From contig NC_043002.1 in NCBI RefSeq assembly GCF_006345805.1, positions 92,628,001 to 92,692,000 of the forward strand: 64,000 nucleotides of DNA. Direction: 5' to 3'. Position 1 is the first letter of the stretch; the number at the start of each line of letters is the position of its first letter. The DNA is from Octopus sinensis (lineage: Eukaryota). This document shows positions 50,862 through 61,787 of the stretch, one piece after another. A model generated the notes under the pieces. That model ran no database searches. It was not told the DNA's origin and saw nothing but the letters and a program-made list of their open reading frames with translations. The position numbers and the translations under genes were made by a program.

Positions 50862-51150
50862 GTAAAGACCCCTTCAGTCATGAATGACTGAGATTGCACC
50901 GAGAAAGTAACCTTCCGACGTACAAATCCGGCAAGGTAGTTTATGGACAAGACCAACAGTCGCCCATGCATACCAGCCACCCCACTTTATGCCAATAATG
51001 TTATCCAAGAGAAAGGCAAAGGCCTATACAGCTTGGTACCAGTGACGTCGCAACTCATTTCAGCAGCTGAGTCAACAGGAGTAAAGTAAAATAAAGTGTC
51101 TTGCTCAAAAGCACAACACACAGACCGATCCAGGAATCGAACTCACTACC
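50862..51150 (-). mobile_element. CORE-like SINE with yet another 3' tail
   Basis: Minus strand GAGTTCGATTCCTGG..TGAGCAAGACACTTTATTT core, tail ending GAAGGGGTCTTTAC. Confidence 0.6.
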
Positions 51151-51281
51151 TCAAAGGTGTGTGTGTGTGTGCGCGCGTGCGCGCTGATCCGATGATCAGA
51201 TCAACTAAAATCCTTGTCGTCGCATTCAACAGAGTGCCAGTTTATTTTATGCAAACTTATACACGTAAAAACATACATACA

Positions 51282-51315
<34 letters not shown>

Positions 51316-51317
51316 CA

Positions 51318-51339
<22 letters not shown>

Positions 51340-51348
<9 letters not shown>

Positions 51349-51910
51349 TCTATTATTCTCTTATTCTTTTACTTGTTTCAGTCATTTGACTGCGGCCATG
51401 CTGAAGCACCGTCTTTTAGTCACACAAATCGACTCCAGCACTTATTCTTTGTAAGTCTAGTACTTATTCTACCGATCTCTTTTGCCGAGCCCCTAAGTAA
51501 CGGGGACGCAAACACACCAGCATCGGTTGTCAAGCGATGGTCGGGGGCCAAACACACACACGCAAGCACATACACATACATACACACCACATACATACAT
51601 ACATAACATACATACATATTCTATTATTCTCTTATTCTTTTACTTGTTTCAGTCATTTGACTGCGGCCATGCTGAAGCACCGTCTTTTAGTCACACAAAT
51701 CGACTCCAGCAATTATTCTTGTAAGTCTAGTACTTATTCTACCGATCTCTTTTGCCGAGCCCCTAAGTAACGGGGACGCAAACACACCAGCATCGGTTGT
51801 CAAGCGATGGTCGGGGGCCAAACACACACACGCAAGCACATACACATACATACACACATACATACATACATACATACATACATACATACATTACATACAT
51901 ACATACGTAT

Positions 51911-51945
<35 letters not shown>

Positions 51946-52099
51946 CACGACGGACTTTCCGTTTCCCAAGTTCATTCACAAGGCTTTGGTCGACCCGTGG
52001 CTATAGTAGAAGACTTCCCCAAGGTACTACGCAGCGGGACTGAACCTGGAACCATGTAGTTGGTATGCAACCTACTTTACACATAACCACTCCTGCACC

Positions 52100-52100
<1 letters not shown>
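51340..52100 (-). repeat. Type B SINE with a near-identical ~270-bp tandem duplication of its 3' half
   Basis: 51340-51610 and 51612-51850 share private variants (GCTGAAGCACCGTCTTTTAGTCACACAAATCG). Confidence 0.9.
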
Positions 52101-52130
<30 letters not shown>

Positions 52131-52172
52131 CTATATATATATATATATAATATATAATATATCTATATATTA

Positions 52173-52458
52173 AATGGCTAAAATTTGCCCTGGTTTAACT
52201 ATACCATGTTATGTATACATTATATCCTACCTTGATACTTGGTATGCAAATAAGGAAACTTTCATAGAGTAACTGCTGCATTTGTTCAGTATATAAACAG
52301 TTGACACCTTGTATTTCTGGTGATTGTCAAAATGAGGTGGACGCCTCTGATGAGAACCCATAAGTTTCGAAAATTGATTAAGGTTGTTCATCGTTTTTCT
52401 GTATGCGGAGTAATGGCTAAAATTTGTCCTATTGTAATTATACCACATGTTACGTATA
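52173..52458 (+). mobile_element. 239-bp unit plus 47-bp terminal direct repeat between (TA)n tracts, containing a hammerhead (retrozyme-like)
   Basis: AATGGCTAAAATTTG.CCT....TAA.TATACC..ATGTTA.GTATA at 52173-52217 and 52412-52458. Confidence 0.6.
52338..52390 (+). ncRNA. Type I hammerhead ribozyme candidate
   Basis: Stem I UGGACGCCU / AGGU(U)GUUCA; CUGAUGA 52347-52353; stem II GAAC-CCAUAA-GUUUC; GAAA 52369-52372; short palindromic stem III; predicted cleavage after UUA at 52380. Confidence 0.7.
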
Positions 52459-52463
52459 TATAT

Positions 52464-52495
<32 letters not shown>

Positions 52496-52507
52496 CTATA
52501 TATATAT

Positions 52508-52700
52508 ATAGTGGAAATTTACAGAAAAATAAAAGACGAAAACAGGTGTATGAACAACAAGCGAGTGTATTTGTTTGACGCTCGGGAAAATTAAAAGTCT
52601 TTTACGTTTCGAGCCTACGCTCTTCAACAGAAAGGAATAAGAGAAAATAACCAGAGGGAATATTGAAAGAAAAAACCTGTAGATTTCAGCGATGCAGCAT
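52508..52700 (-). mobile_element. Penelope terminus with the same variant minimal hammerhead as 44240-44277
   Basis: Minus strand TTTCTGTTGAAGAGCGTAGGCTCGAAACGTAAAAG (52599-52634); ends at (TA)n. Confidence 0.75.
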
Positions 52701-52920
52701 GGTGAAACCGTTATGGATGTGAAACCATTGGTCACTCTATCAACGGATATATATTTAACTTCATCTCAATACATTGCTGCTCTCTATCCTTTACAGAGAC
52801 CAATGGCTTCGCATCCATAAAGCGCTTAGCTTTATAGACGACGCGTCAGGCTCTAATGGCGGAGGACATATAACCATATAAAATGTGTGTGAGAACGCGC
52901 TCGCGCGCGTGTACCAAGTA

Positions 52921-53479
52921 TTGGGTTGTCCGGAAAATTCGTGCCGATTTATAGCGGCTTACATTTCGACTTATTTTAGAACATGGTTGAGCCCATAAAA
53001 TAGAATTTGACTACACCTCCAATTAGAGCACAGTTTAAGCTATCTTTTCGTTGAAGAAGATTTATGTTCCTATAACCTGTGTTAATTTTTAATCCTTTAA
53101 AATGGAAGATAAGAAAGTTCATTTTCGGCACTTGATGCTTTGGGAGCCAGACAAATATTGCTGTAGCTCGGCTGGGATGTGTTACCCCACCCTCCATATT
53201 CACCAGATATTGCTCCTTCGAATTTCCACTTATTCAGGTCTCTGCAGAATAGTCTTAATGGTAAAAATTTCAATTACTTGGATGACGTAAAAAGATACCT
53301 TGATGAATTATTTGCCATGAAACCACCTCAATTCTGTGTAGAGGGTATTTTCCAGTTAAAGATGGAGACGCATTGTGCAACAAAATGGTTCATATTTGCT
53401 TGCTTAAAATGTAATGGCAAGTAATTATTGACCTTTTTCTTTCCTTTAAAAATCGGCACGAACTTTCCGGACAACCCAA
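52921..53479 (+). mobile_element. Internally deleted mariner element
   Basis: TIR TTGGGTTGTCCGGAAA.TTCGTGCCGATTT, TA on both sides; [15 protein letters not shown] fused to [33 protein letters not shown] (YSPDxAP motif). Confidence 0.95.
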
Positions 53480-53489
53480 TATATATATA

Positions 53490-53531
<42 letters not shown>

Positions 53532-53899
53532 TATTATATATATATATACACGGGTAATTTCAAAAGTTCCATTTGTATTAATATAATTGAATAAGTACCA
53601 AACTTTAACAAACTTAACGAAAAACAAATTACTGGGAGTTGGTTTATTCGACTACAATAGTTCAAAGCGGTGCTCCAGTATGGCTGCAGTCAACTGACTG
53701 AAAAAAAAAGAGTAAAGAATAAAAGGTAAAAGATATGAGGACATCAAGTGGAGCCGTCTTTCAGATCGCAGCCGATGTGAAAACATGGATGATAGCAAAA
53801 TAACTGCAGTGTTCTGAGTGGCAGTATTGATAAATGAAAGAACTATTTATGTTGCTGACAAACGTTGACCAAAAACAAACTAGCGAGGGTCGCTTACAA

Positions 53900-54210
53900 C
53901 AAGGAACAATAAGATGGCGCGAGTTCAACTTTAATAGAACGACGGCGACAGTGCTGTCATTGTTATGCAAATTATGGTGGCATTACATAGAAACTGATGA
54001 AAGCTATTTGTGGGCAGCAAGCAACTGCAGCGCTACCTTTTGATTCAGCATAGCACGACACAGCACGATACTGTGCGACACGACATCCGGTACTGTATAT
54101 ACTGACCGTTAAATGTGGGTCTCAGGTACCAGTCTGTCTTCTACGACCGTTGTTCTATGGCGTCGGAAGATAGATTTCCTTCGACGATAATTGATGACGT
54201 CAGAGATATC
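53900..54210. promoter_or_regulatory. Candidate enhancer: Sox-POU composite, YY1-like site and CRE
   Basis: CATTGTTATGCAAAT 53958-53972; AAGATGGCG near 53911; TGACGTCA 54195-54202. Confidence 0.4.
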
Positions 54211-54416
54211 CAGTGTTTCTATCTTTTAACTGAATCCGGGTCAAAGATTTTTAACCATTAGTCATGAGAACACCTAACACCCACTGTTGTAGCAACAACT
54301 GCAGAAACAATGCGATAAGTGTGTGTGTGTGTGTGTGAACCAGAACGTGTACAACAAGAACATAAATAATAATTTTATATATGCGAGCGAGTCAACGACG
54401 AAAACCCCTACGTAGT

Positions 54417-54516
54417 NNNNNNNNNNNNNNNNNNNNNNNNNNNNNNNNNNNNNNNNNNNNNNNNNNNNNNNNNNNNNNNNNNNNNNNNNNNNNNNNNNNN
54501 NNNNNNNNNNNNNNNN
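54417..54516. other. Assembly gap (100 N)
   Basis: Direct reading. Confidence 1.
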
Positions 54517-54937
54517 CACACACGTGTGTGCAGGCATATGCATATGTATACATGTATGTACATGTACTACTCTTATAATGCACACTGATGAATATATACC
54601 TATATCTTCGGCATATTAGGACGAAATCGAAACAACTTTCTCTTTTTCAGCAGGATTCGTTCATTTGGACGAAACCATTCAATTCTCCTTTGGCACAGGC
54701 TGCGCAGGTAAGGCCCTCGAGGGCCTCAACACCATATCTCTAAATACATATAGATGAGTTTATTTCTAAAACCTGAACAATCAGACGTGTTCAGTTTTTT
54801 TTTTTTCTTTTTCATATGTCTGTGAAATGTTGTGCAATGCTAATAAGTCACCAACTGTTCCTCCCAATTAACTCACGCGCCATATTTGGAATAGACTTTT
54901 CGTTTTATTGTACACAAAATTCTGTTCCTTGCTCGCC

Positions 54938-55530
54938 GCATTCTGTCTACAAATACCATAAGTCTTGCTTCTGGTATTTGTAGACAGATGCCAAAACTTC
55001 CTTTCCTCCTCACTGCTATCTACAGATATCTTAGCCTCCATGCCTCGCTTCCAATCTACAGATGTCATAACTCCTACTCCTCTGGTTTTATCTTCAGGTG
55101 TCTTAATCCTTACTCCTCCCTGTCTATATACAGATGCCTTAGTTCGTCTCCCCTTCTATCTACAAATGTCCTAGCTAGCCCCTACTCTTCCCCGTAAATC
55201 TACAGATGATATAACTCACGTTCCCGCTTTTCGTTTACAGATGTCATACTCCTTGCTCCTCCATCTCTATCTACAGATATAACTCTTGCTCCTCAAATTC
55301 TGTCTACAGATATCAAACATAACCCCTGCTCTTCTCCTTCTATCCACAACTGTCAGAACCCTTAATCCTTCTTTTCCATCGACAGATGACCTTGCTTAAC
55401 CACTGCTTATCCTATTCTATCAACAGATGTTATAACCCCTGCACCTTTCTTTCTATCGACAGATGTCGTAACTCACTCCCCCCCTCCTACCTTCATCTAC
55501 AAGCTCTTTCTATCTACAGATGCTATAGCC
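54938..55530. repeat. Degenerate 35-40-bp minisatellite with core CTATCTACAGATG, starting with an inverted unit
   Basis: About 15 recurrences of (A/G)TCTACAGAT; hairpin at 54938-54991. Confidence 0.85.
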
Positions 55531-55599
55531 GCTACTCCAGCCCGCGCTTCTAGCTGAAAAGCATCTGAAGTTTCAATCACGACTCAAGGACAACACATA

Positions 55600-56000
55600 C
55601 ACACACGATCTCACTATCAAAGGCACAGGCGCACACGCATAGATTGGCTCTCTATCTCTTTCCTTTTCTCGCTCACACATACACGGATTGCCAAAGACAC
55701 ACACAGACACACACACACACTGACACACACACACACACACACTGTCCAAGTATTTTCAATGTTTCCTCCTTGAACTCAACAAGTTCTCTTAACTCTTCGC
55801 CAGTCTGTCTGTGTACGCTCGCCAGTCTGTCTGTGTACGCTCGCCAGTCTGTCTGTGTACGCTCGCCAGTCCATGTGGGGTGTGACTGCCACTTCTCTAT
55901 CTGACAGGACTGCATGGCTGAAATACTCACGGTACTCAATTTAATAAACACGCCGCGCGCACAAACAGCGTTTGATCATTGACATCCGGCTGGACAGGAA
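55600..56000 (-). promoter_or_regulatory. Possible promoter or non-coding first exon on the minus strand
   Basis: CpG-containing unique sequence; ETS-like CCGGATG and GGAAG; TCF-like TTTGAT; donor-like ACC/GTGAGT near 55925-55933; perfect 22-bp x3 repeat 55798-55871. Confidence 0.25.
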
Positions 56001-56504
56001 GTTAAGTTAGCAGTTCTGTTGCCTGTGTAATTTCTGATGCGGTAATACATTCCCGTTATGGTAGTATATATATATATATAATATATATATATATATATTA
56101 TTTAAAGATTAATAGAAAAGGACGTGGTATAACAAAAAAAAAAAAACGTATTAGCACGACAATTGTTTCGGCTTCAAGTTGCACTGCTCTCCAGTTAGAC
56201 GTGGAATAATACCAGATGCAACGCACAGTGCAAAAGAGCCTCTTCAGGTGGAATAAATAAAATATGCTTATGAAGAGCAGCAAGCTGGCAGAAACGTTAG
56301 CACACCGGGCGAAATGCTTAGTGGTATTTCGTCTGTCTTTGCGTTCTGAATTCAAATTTCGCCGAGGTCGACTTTGCTTTGACTTTACTTTTCATCCTTT
56401 CGGGGTCGATATATTAAGTACCAGTTGCGTACTGGGGTCGATCTAATCAAATGGCCTCCTCCCCCAAAATTTCCGGCCTTGTGCCTAGAGTAGAAAAGAA
56501 TATA

Positions 56505-56538
<34 letters not shown>

Positions 56539-57004
56539 ATATATATATATATAATATAATATATATATATATATAATATGCAGATATGGAGTATAACTTC
56601 AAATCTAAAGGTTTTAATTTCGTCACTGGACTGCAGCCATACTGGAGCACAACCAAAGCTTCTGCCTTTGTGTAATGCAAAGCACGCATATATCTGTTGT
56701 AATGTTACATACACGCACACACCTGTTACCTTTACTGAACTGTAATATAGAGCACGTACGTATAGAACACGTACGTACATACATACTTACATACATTTTC
56801 ACATATACATACATACAAACAAAAATACCTTGTTATTGATGTTGAAATTCCAATGACGGGGCCTTTTTCTCTGTTGGCAAGAAATCTTGAAATAAACCTG
56901 AATGATGACGTACATACACTCACTCCTATCGTCTGTTCTGTACCGGAATATACACGTCCTGCTTTTACTTTAAAAAAAGAAAGACATAAAAAAAGAAAGA
57001 CATA

Positions 57005-57405
57005 GGCGTAGGAGTGGCTGTGTGGTAAGTAGCTTGCTTACGAACCACAAGGTTCCGGGTTCAGTCCCACTGCGTGGCATCTTGGGCAAGTGTCTTCTGC
57101 TATAGCCCCGGGCCGACCAATGCCTTGTGAGTGGATTTGGTAGACGGAAACTGAAAGAAGCCTTCGTATATATGTATATATTTATTTATATGTGTGTGTG
57201 TGTGTTTGTTCCCCTAGCATTGCTTGACAACCGATGCTGGTGTGTTTACGTCCCCGTCACTTAGCGGTTCGGCAAAAAGACACCGATAGAATAAGTACTG
57301 GGCTTACAAAAAGAATAAGTCCCGGGGTCGAGTTGCTCGACTAAAGGCGGTGCTTCAGCATGGCCGCAGTCAAATGACTGAAACAAGTAAAAGAGTAAAG
57401 AGTAT
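57005..57405 (+). mobile_element. SINE type B, full length
   Basis: Consensus layout. Confidence 0.9.
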
Positions 57406-57628
57406 ATCTTTTTCCATTTAAGTTGGAGGATTAGAGATGTTGTTCTCGTTCATATCAGGACCGTTCCAGTTTAATTCGAGTATCAAGGCCGTGACGATGC
57501 TGTTCCTTTTCGGAGCAAGACCGCTCCATTTTAGTTTAGGGAAAAACAGATAATTTCTATAAAAAGGAAATTAGCAAAAGAATGGTTATTCATCCATCAA
57601 TCTCTTTAGCTGCTTTAACTACGCCCCA

Positions 57629-57691
<63 letters not shown>

Positions 57692-57707
57692 CACTCATAC
57701 ACACGTA

Positions 57708-57741
<34 letters not shown>

Positions 57742-57867
57742 GACACCGGTTCTCAAACGGTTGTGGGGACAAACATAAGCACAAAGATACCCAGATACCA
57801 TGGTGTGGTGTGTGTGTGTGTTGTAGTATATATATATATATAGGGAGATGTACTCAGCATTAGCAAA

Positions 57868-57912
<45 letters not shown>

Positions 57913-57982
57913 ATATACACAACATATGTATCTGGGTATCTTTGTGCTTATGTTGTCCCCACAACCGTTTGAGAACCGGTGT
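57742..57982. repeat. Near-perfect 57-bp inverted duplication of a SINE segment around (TA)n
   Basis: ACACCGGTTCTCAAACGGTTGTGGGGACAA..GATACCCAGATAC inverted at 57926-57981. Confidence 0.9.
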
Positions 57983-58504
57983 TAGTTTCTTTATGTCCCC
58001 ATAAAATACCGTTCAGCAGAATATACAAATAGAATTAGTACCAGGGTGCAAAAAGAAAGCAAGTACTAGCATCGATTTGTTCGACTATAAAAACCCTTCG
58101 AGACGGTACCCCACAAAATTGCGCGCGCGCACGTCATTTATCTTTTATTTGGTTCTGTCATTGGATTTAGTAGAACAAGTCCGCCGCAGGACTTATTTTG
58201 TTTTAAGCTTGATACTTATTCTAACGGTTTTTTATACCGAACAGATAAGTTACAAGAACGTAAACATACGAATACCGGTTGTCATGCTGTGGAGCTAAAC
58301 CCAGAATCATGTGATTAGGAAGCCACGCCTTCGCCTATAAAGTTAGTGTGTGTGTGTGTGTGTAATTGTGTGTATTTATCTATATATATATATATGTATA
58401 TGTGTGTGTGTGTGTGAATGTATATGTATGTGTGTGTATGTGTATATGTATAGTATATGCATATGTATGTATAGTATATGCATATGTGTGTGCATATATA
58501 ACTT

Positions 58505-58538
<34 letters not shown>

Positions 58539-58597
58539 ATAGATAGTATTGTTACGTGATTCTCTCTAAACAGCGTTCATTAACTCTCACACATTAT

Positions 58598-58634
<37 letters not shown>

Positions 58635-58820
58635 AATTAATAGACAACATTAAAACCAAAACGTAATTATAAGTTAAAACAAAAAAACAGTTAGAGTAAA
58701 AGTGAGAAAACTCGGAGTGTAACCTTGTCTGAATATTAATGAATCCATGGAGTTGCATTATGACAAATTAAGAGAGTGGTTAATATGCAGTTTAGTCTCT
58801 TAAAAGTGAAACTAAATTGC

Positions 58821-58895
58821 GCCGGAAGTGACGTCGGTGAAAACTCATAATTTCATTAACAGAACTGGTGAAAAACCATTATTTCATTAACAGAT
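58821..58895. promoter_or_regulatory. ETS-CRE composite followed by a 28-bp tandem duplication
   Basis: GCCGGAAGTGACGTC 58821-58835; GGTGAAAA..CAT.ATTTCATTAACAGA twice. Confidence 0.35.
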
Positions 58896-59163
58896 GTCCC
58901 TGATCATGCCACGTCCACAGGCAGACACATAGTTGTACTGTATCGTTTAGAGATATTTTTAGCGTTTCTGAAATAGCAGGTTACGTACACTACTTTAGTC
59001 CTTCATTCCGATTTCTCTGTCAAAAAGCAAAACTAATTTATTCACATTATTTTGAATTAACCATGCATCATCTTGTAGTTTTGAGATTTTGAGGATATGA
59101 TTGTCTATTTTTGGTATGATATTGTAGGTTAGGTATGATAGGCTGGATCTAGATGGGTGAACC

Positions 59164-59558
59164 GGATCTTTTCGGTTTGAACGGCAGTTTTTAACATAAT
59201 TTCTAGGTAACTAAAAAATTTTAAACTTCATATACTTGTAGAATGTGTTTATAAAACATCTTTTTCTCTTGGCTTTATTGAGAAAACTCTATAGTTTGTA
59301 AGATATTTGTTGTGTTTTTTTTCCTTCAATTTCGGCAATTTCAACTCTACGTCCGTTGAGTTAAACTACATTCTGTGCCGTATGAATATGTCCCTCGTTT
59401 AAAAAACAGATTGGGTTTATTTACATTTGTGAAGAAAAAAAGATAAACTTCCCCCCACCGCTAACCCTAAAACAGATTGAAATGCAATAGATCGATACTA
59501 GGGTCAAAATTATGGATGACAATTTCATATAACACCGCCGTTCAAATCGAAAAGATCC
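59164..59558. mobile_element. GGATC-TIR MITE with an atypical ~25-bp flanking duplication
   Basis: TAGGCTGGATCTAGATGGGT(T)GAACC at 59139-59163 and 59559-59584. Confidence 0.9.
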
Positions 59559-59979
59559 TAGGCTGGATCTAGATGGGTTGAACCAAAAGGAAAACGGATA
59601 GAATATTTGAGACAGATATATAGCCAAGTTTAAATGATAAGGAGTAAATGTATTATAATACCTCGTGACGATACCGTCAAAAAGACATACACAGATGTGA
59701 CAGATGCATTACTCTTGCTCAACTAGTGAGATGTGCACAAAAAATTGATGGGAAGTGAAGGCATTTTGCATGTAGATTCAGTCGTAATAAAAGCTCTCTC
59801 TCTCTCTTTTTCTTTCTTTCTTTTTCTCTCTCTCCCACTCTCTCTCTCTCTCTCTCTCACCCTCTCTCTCAACCCATTTAACTCATCTTGTCCTAATGTA
59901 GTACTTTCTATACAGTATTTCATGGCACAATTGTTAGCACGGGGAAAATGCTTCGCAGTATTCTGTCAGTTTTTTAGTA

Positions 59980-60141
59980 GGCGCAGGAGTGCATGTGTGG
60001 TAAGTAGCTTGCTTACCAACCACATGGTTTCGGGTTCAGTCCCAATGCGTGGCACCTTGGGTAAGTGTCTTCTACTATAGCCTCGGGCCAACCAAAGCCT
60101 TGTGAGTGGATTTGGTAAGACGGACACTAAAGAAATCCATC

Positions 60142-60193
<52 letters not shown>

Positions 60194-60412
60194 ACGTTTG
60201 TGTGTCTGTGTTTGTCCTCCCAACATCGCTTGACAACCGATGCTGGTGTGTTTAGGTCCCCCGTAACTTAGCGGTTCGGCAAAAGAGACCGATAGAATAA
60301 GTACTAGGCTTACAAAGAATAAGTCCTGGGGGTCGATTTGCTCGACTAAAGGCGGTGCTCCAGCATGGCGGCAGTCAAATTACTGAAACAAGCGACAGAA
60401 AGTAAAGAGAGA
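59980..60412 (+). mobile_element. SINE type B, full length
   Basis: Consensus layout. Confidence 0.9.
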
Positions 60413-61221
60413 GTATAACGAAATTCATTGTCATCACTTCCAGCGTAACTTTTACCTTTTTTTTTTTTTTTAAGAGAGACACTATTCTTTATATTAAGCG
60501 AGAGATTATGCTATTTATTTAGACAACTATCCATCAATTTGTAATAAACTCCATAATTATTGAAACTACATCTTAGCAGAATAGTTTGAGTTCAAATCTT
60601 GCCTTTTCTACTTTTTCTGCTTTTGCTGCTTTGCTTCGTGCTCCTGCTTGATAGGGTTGGGGGTCACCCCAAGATCAGTTGTCCCGAAAACGTCATCATG
60701 CGTAGAGCCAACCTAGTTCACTAGTGCTCTGCGACGGTAGTGGTCTCGTGCCTGCCTCTCAGTATCATTCAAGGTGACGTCGGGCCTATTCCCCAATCAC
60801 GTCCAGCAATCGGATTCAATGAAATAAATACCGGCTGTTTATAGGGTTAATCAAATTTTCAGCAAATTTGAGGCTCTTTGTCGGCGGGCGGGCGGGTCTG
60901 TAACATTTTCGCTTTTAAATCTCAATCAAAACTATTTCCTGTCCTTTGCTGAAAACTGTTAATTTTGTGAAGATAGTCCGTAAAGATCATTCTACTCAGT
61001 CTCACACGGGGTAGAAAGATCTTTATGACACCCTTAATAGTTGTGGCTTTTTATATCTCTTAAGTAAAGAAATTCTTTATTATATTTCATAGTAGCGACC
61101 ATACTGCAATTCATGTTTGCAAACATTTATTTCCTTTTAATGTCCATCATTAAAAGGTATACAAAGGCTTTGGTGTGTCGAGAACAAAGCAGATTCTAAC
61201 ATCCAAACTACTAAGATATTA

Positions 61222-61787
61222 TTGGGTTGTCCGGAAAGTGCGTACCGATTTTTAAAAGAAAAAAAAAAGGTCAATGAATACTTGCTATTACATTTTTAAT
61301 CAACCAAATATAAACCATTTTGTTGCACAATGCATCTCCATCTTTCCTTTAACTTGAAAATACCCTCTTCTCACAACTGAGGTGGTTTCATGGCAAAGAA
61401 TTCATCAAGGTATCTTTTTACGTCATCCAAGGAATTGAAATTTTTACCATTAAACTATTCTGCAGAGACCTGAATAAGTGGAAATCCGAAGGAGCAATAT
61501 CTGGTGAATATGGAGGGTGGGGTAACACATCCCAGCCGAGCTGCAGCAATTTTTGTCTGGTTCCCAAAGCATCAAGTGCCGAAAATGAACTTTCTTATCT
61601 TCCATTTTAAAGGGTTACATAATTAACACAGGTTATAGAAACATAAATCTTCTTCCACAAAAAGATAGCTTAAACTGTGTTCTAAATGGAGGTGTAGTCA
61701 AATCCTATTTTATGGACTCAACCATGTTCTAAAATAAGTCGAAAGGTAAGCTACTATAAATCGGCACGAACTTTCCGGACAACCCAA
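61222..61787 (-). mobile_element. Second copy of the internally deleted mariner, opposite orientation
   Basis: Same TIRs, TA flanks and deletion junction (ATGCTTTGGGA/.CCAGACAAA) as 52921-53479. Confidence 0.95.

Noticed and set aside
60640-60960. GC-richer segment with GGCGGGCGGGCGGG
   Set aside because: No defined ends, ORF or second copy in the window
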